Below are positions 61,371 to 64,000 of a DNA stretch of 64,000 nt, piece by piece. Origin of the DNA: Eledone cirrhosa (lineage: Eukaryota); the NCBI GenBank assembly GCA_964016885.1, contig OZ024740.1, forward strand, positions 396,676,001 to 396,740,000, given 5' to 3'. The notes beneath the pieces were generated by a model that saw only the letters and a program-made list of their open reading frames with translations, made no database searches and was not told the origin of the DNA. The translations under genes were made by a program, and so were the position numbers. The stretch's first letter is position 1. Each line of letters begins with the position of its first letter.

Positions 61371-61559
61371 CATATATATATATGCCAAGTGCCTCCTAGC
61401 TTTTAGAATAGGTACACTGTATCCCTGCATGTTGTTAGAGGCTACTAAAAGGGATGGTGTCATGAAGGGCATTTGGTTCTATAAAACATTGTCTGAAAAT
61501 ATTCCAACCATACATGCCAGCATGGAAAAATAGACATAAAAATGATGATAATGATAATG

Positions 61560-61590
<31 letters not shown>

Positions 61591-61616
61591 CGTGCGTGTG
61601 TGTGTGCGTGCGTGTG

Positions 61617-61666
<50 letters not shown>

Positions 61667-61683
61667 TGCGTGCGTGTGTGTGC
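61560..61683. repeat. (TG)n/(TGCG)n microsatellite
   Basis: Direct reading. Confidence 0.95.
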
Positions 61684-62439
61684 AAATGCATACAATTGTT
61701 AAAAGAAGGAAATGTATGAAAAATACCACTTCTACTTGCATGAAAAAATGTATATAAAAGTATGTGAGGCTTGTGTAGGTGGGTGTTATTTGATTGCTTG
61801 ACAATATAACTTGCATTGTTTCAATGCTATTTTTATACATACACACATCACACACACAAAATTATATTTTAAACCACTGAAACACTAAGTGCAGTTTATG
61901 GAAAACTCAGATGGGAATTAACAGATATTACAAGGAAAATTACATAAATGAATCTGAACATACAGAACTCAGGGACACAACAATGATGAAGATGACGATG
62001 AAACTCTCACTATCACTGAGAGTAGGTCTATTTGCTCAGGACATACTTGTTACCATTCAAACAATTTACTGGGGGACAGTGACGTACCTACTTCTCCACC
62101 CTCACATCTCTCTTTCTAAGAGGCCTTTGAAAAAGTTGATGAGAGTTTGACTGGAGAAGAAAGTATAACTTCAGTTCTTTCAGGCACATCCACCTTGTAA
62201 GATAGGCACAAGAATACACATTTGTGGAGGGGTATAATTGATTCAGTCGACTTCACTACTTCACATGTAATTTATTTAACCCTTTCATTATAGTACTTCT
62301 AACAAAATTACACTACCTGTATGTTCCAATTGATTCTGAAAATAACCAAAAATTTGGAAGAATTTAATAAAATAATCAAGTTTTTATTAGCAAGTTGATA
62401 TTTAGAACATTCTTTTTCTTATTATTTGCCCACATATTC

Positions 62440-63060
62440 CTGGGAGTGTTGTGTGGGCAGAGTTATTAAGCATGCCTTCCTGCAGCCTTCTCTAATTGAT
62501 CTGACTGGATGAAGTGAGACTAGCTGAGCTCATGGATATTAGCTAACCATCTTGTTTGGAGTCTACCCCTGGGTCTTCTGCTGGTTGGTATTGCCTCTAA
62601 AATCTGTGATTCTTTCCTGAAACATTCTAACCACATGTCTGTAATATCAGAGCTGCGATCTCTCAATTCAGAGAAGTAGCAGCTTTACCTGGAGTGACTC
62701 TCAGATCAATTAGTTACACACTCTATTGAGTAACATTATTCCAAAGACCCTTCAGAAGAATCCCATTTCAGCTGCTTGTATTTGCAATCAGATTCTTTCG
62801 GTCATTACCCAAGATTCATGACCATAGGTAAAGGTTAGCATGAATACTGAATTGAAGATAACAATTTTAATTTTTACACCTACCCCCCTTCTAATAACTG
62901 GCTGCTGAACCTGAAGCATTACTGCCCCTGTTCCCACACTTAACTCAGCCTCCTGCTTTCCATCACTCATAAACACAGCCCCTGAGATACTTAAAGTTCT
63001 TCACCTGCTTCAATGGAACCTCTCATATTTAGAGTGCACTGCATAGGCTTCCTTGATAAG
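62440..63060 (-). mobile_element. RTE LINE 3' fragment
   Basis: Minus ORF ..KIVIFNSVFMLTFTYGHESWVMTERI and downstream AEMGFLLKG..GHVVRM..RRPRGR; same family as 35668-36215. Confidence 0.85.
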
Positions 63061-63239
63061 TGTTTCTACTTTTGATATAAGGCTAGCAATTTTCTTTTGG
63101 GGGTGGGGAAGTTGATTATATTGATCCTGGAAATATATCAGATAAAATTGAGATCAACAAGATTTGAACACAAAGAGCCGAAATAAATGCTGTTATAATT
63201 TTGTCAACCCACTGACTTTATAACAATAACAACAACAAT

Positions 63240-63850
63240 TTTCTTATTAACTACTAGGGCCAAAAGCACTGAGGACAATGCAATAAATATGAACAGTGGG
63301 GATTTACATATAGACAGAGAAAAAAATACTGGTAACAAATAACAACAAAGTGATAACAACAGAATTTCCAAATAGGGAGGGGGAGCACCACCTAGGAGTT
63401 GTTAAGGAACCCCAAAGATTTGAGATCACCTCAATCACCAAGGACACAATTCTTGCTGTAGTCACCCACCCTTTAACAAATGTACTGGAAGGCAGCACAC
63501 GTCCCTCCCCACTATCACCTTCCTTTCTAAATGGAATATCATGAATGAGGGCTTGGTCAAAGAAGAATGTATCTGTCTTCAGTCTTTTCAGCCTTGACCA
63601 CCACACAACCTCTTTATCCATAGCCACTGGATAGAGGGTATCTGTTTGTCCTTCCTGACCAAAAGAAGGTGGCAGGATTATCTTCATGATGGAGTTGGCT
63701 GGTAGCTGAATCTGTCCTACATGTGACAACTGTTTGACAAAACTCCGCAATTCAGCAATGCATAGACACTGGACAAGTGCATGCAGAATGCTATCACCAC
63801 TCTGTGTGCAAATTGGACAGGCCTGTCTGGCACACTGCAAAATCATTTTT
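63240..63850 (-). mobile_element. L1/Tx1-like LINE 3' end with CCHC zinc knuckle
   Basis: ORF 63304-63846: CPICTQSGDSILHALVQC (CX2CX8HX4C-like), AMDKEVVWWSRLK, FVKGWV; paralog of 16591-17147. Confidence 0.82.
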
Positions 63851-64000
63851 GAGATTTAAAAAAAAAAAATTGTTTTTAATTAAATTAAAAAAAAAAATTA
63901 CATTCTTAATTAATTGAACAGTATTTTAAATTTTCTGAAAATGAAGAAGAATAAAAATTTTTAATTCTCCATCTAGTTTTTATGACATAGAAAGTGTGTT

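Overview
AT-rich, repeat-dense animal genomic DNA; the SINE/LINE/microsatellite make-up suggests an octopus-like cephalopod (inference). The only host gene I can support is on the minus strand: three phase-compatible coding exons (53362-53286, 39854-39694, 12516-12319) encoding the N-terminus of a cyclic nucleotide-gated channel beta subunit (CNGB1/CNGB3/TAX-2-like), which continues beyond the left edge. The introns and upstream region contain a 3.5 kb satellite, several RTE LINEs, two abundant tRNA-derived SINE families, L1/Tx1-, CRE-, R4/Dong- and HERO-like retrotransposon remnants, Helitrons, a mariner remnant and MITEs. The most striking feature invisible to the ORF track is a cluster (about 51.6-61.4 kb) of short non-coding elements from several sequence families embedded in (TA)n tracts. 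They carry type I hammerhead ribozyme folds (three with complete canonical cores), often as inverted pairs, and share a downstream stem-loop. They look like Penelope-LTR-derived or retrozyme-like elements. All family assignments come from recognised motifs, not database searches. Most ORFs in the supplied track are microsatellite or TE artefacts.
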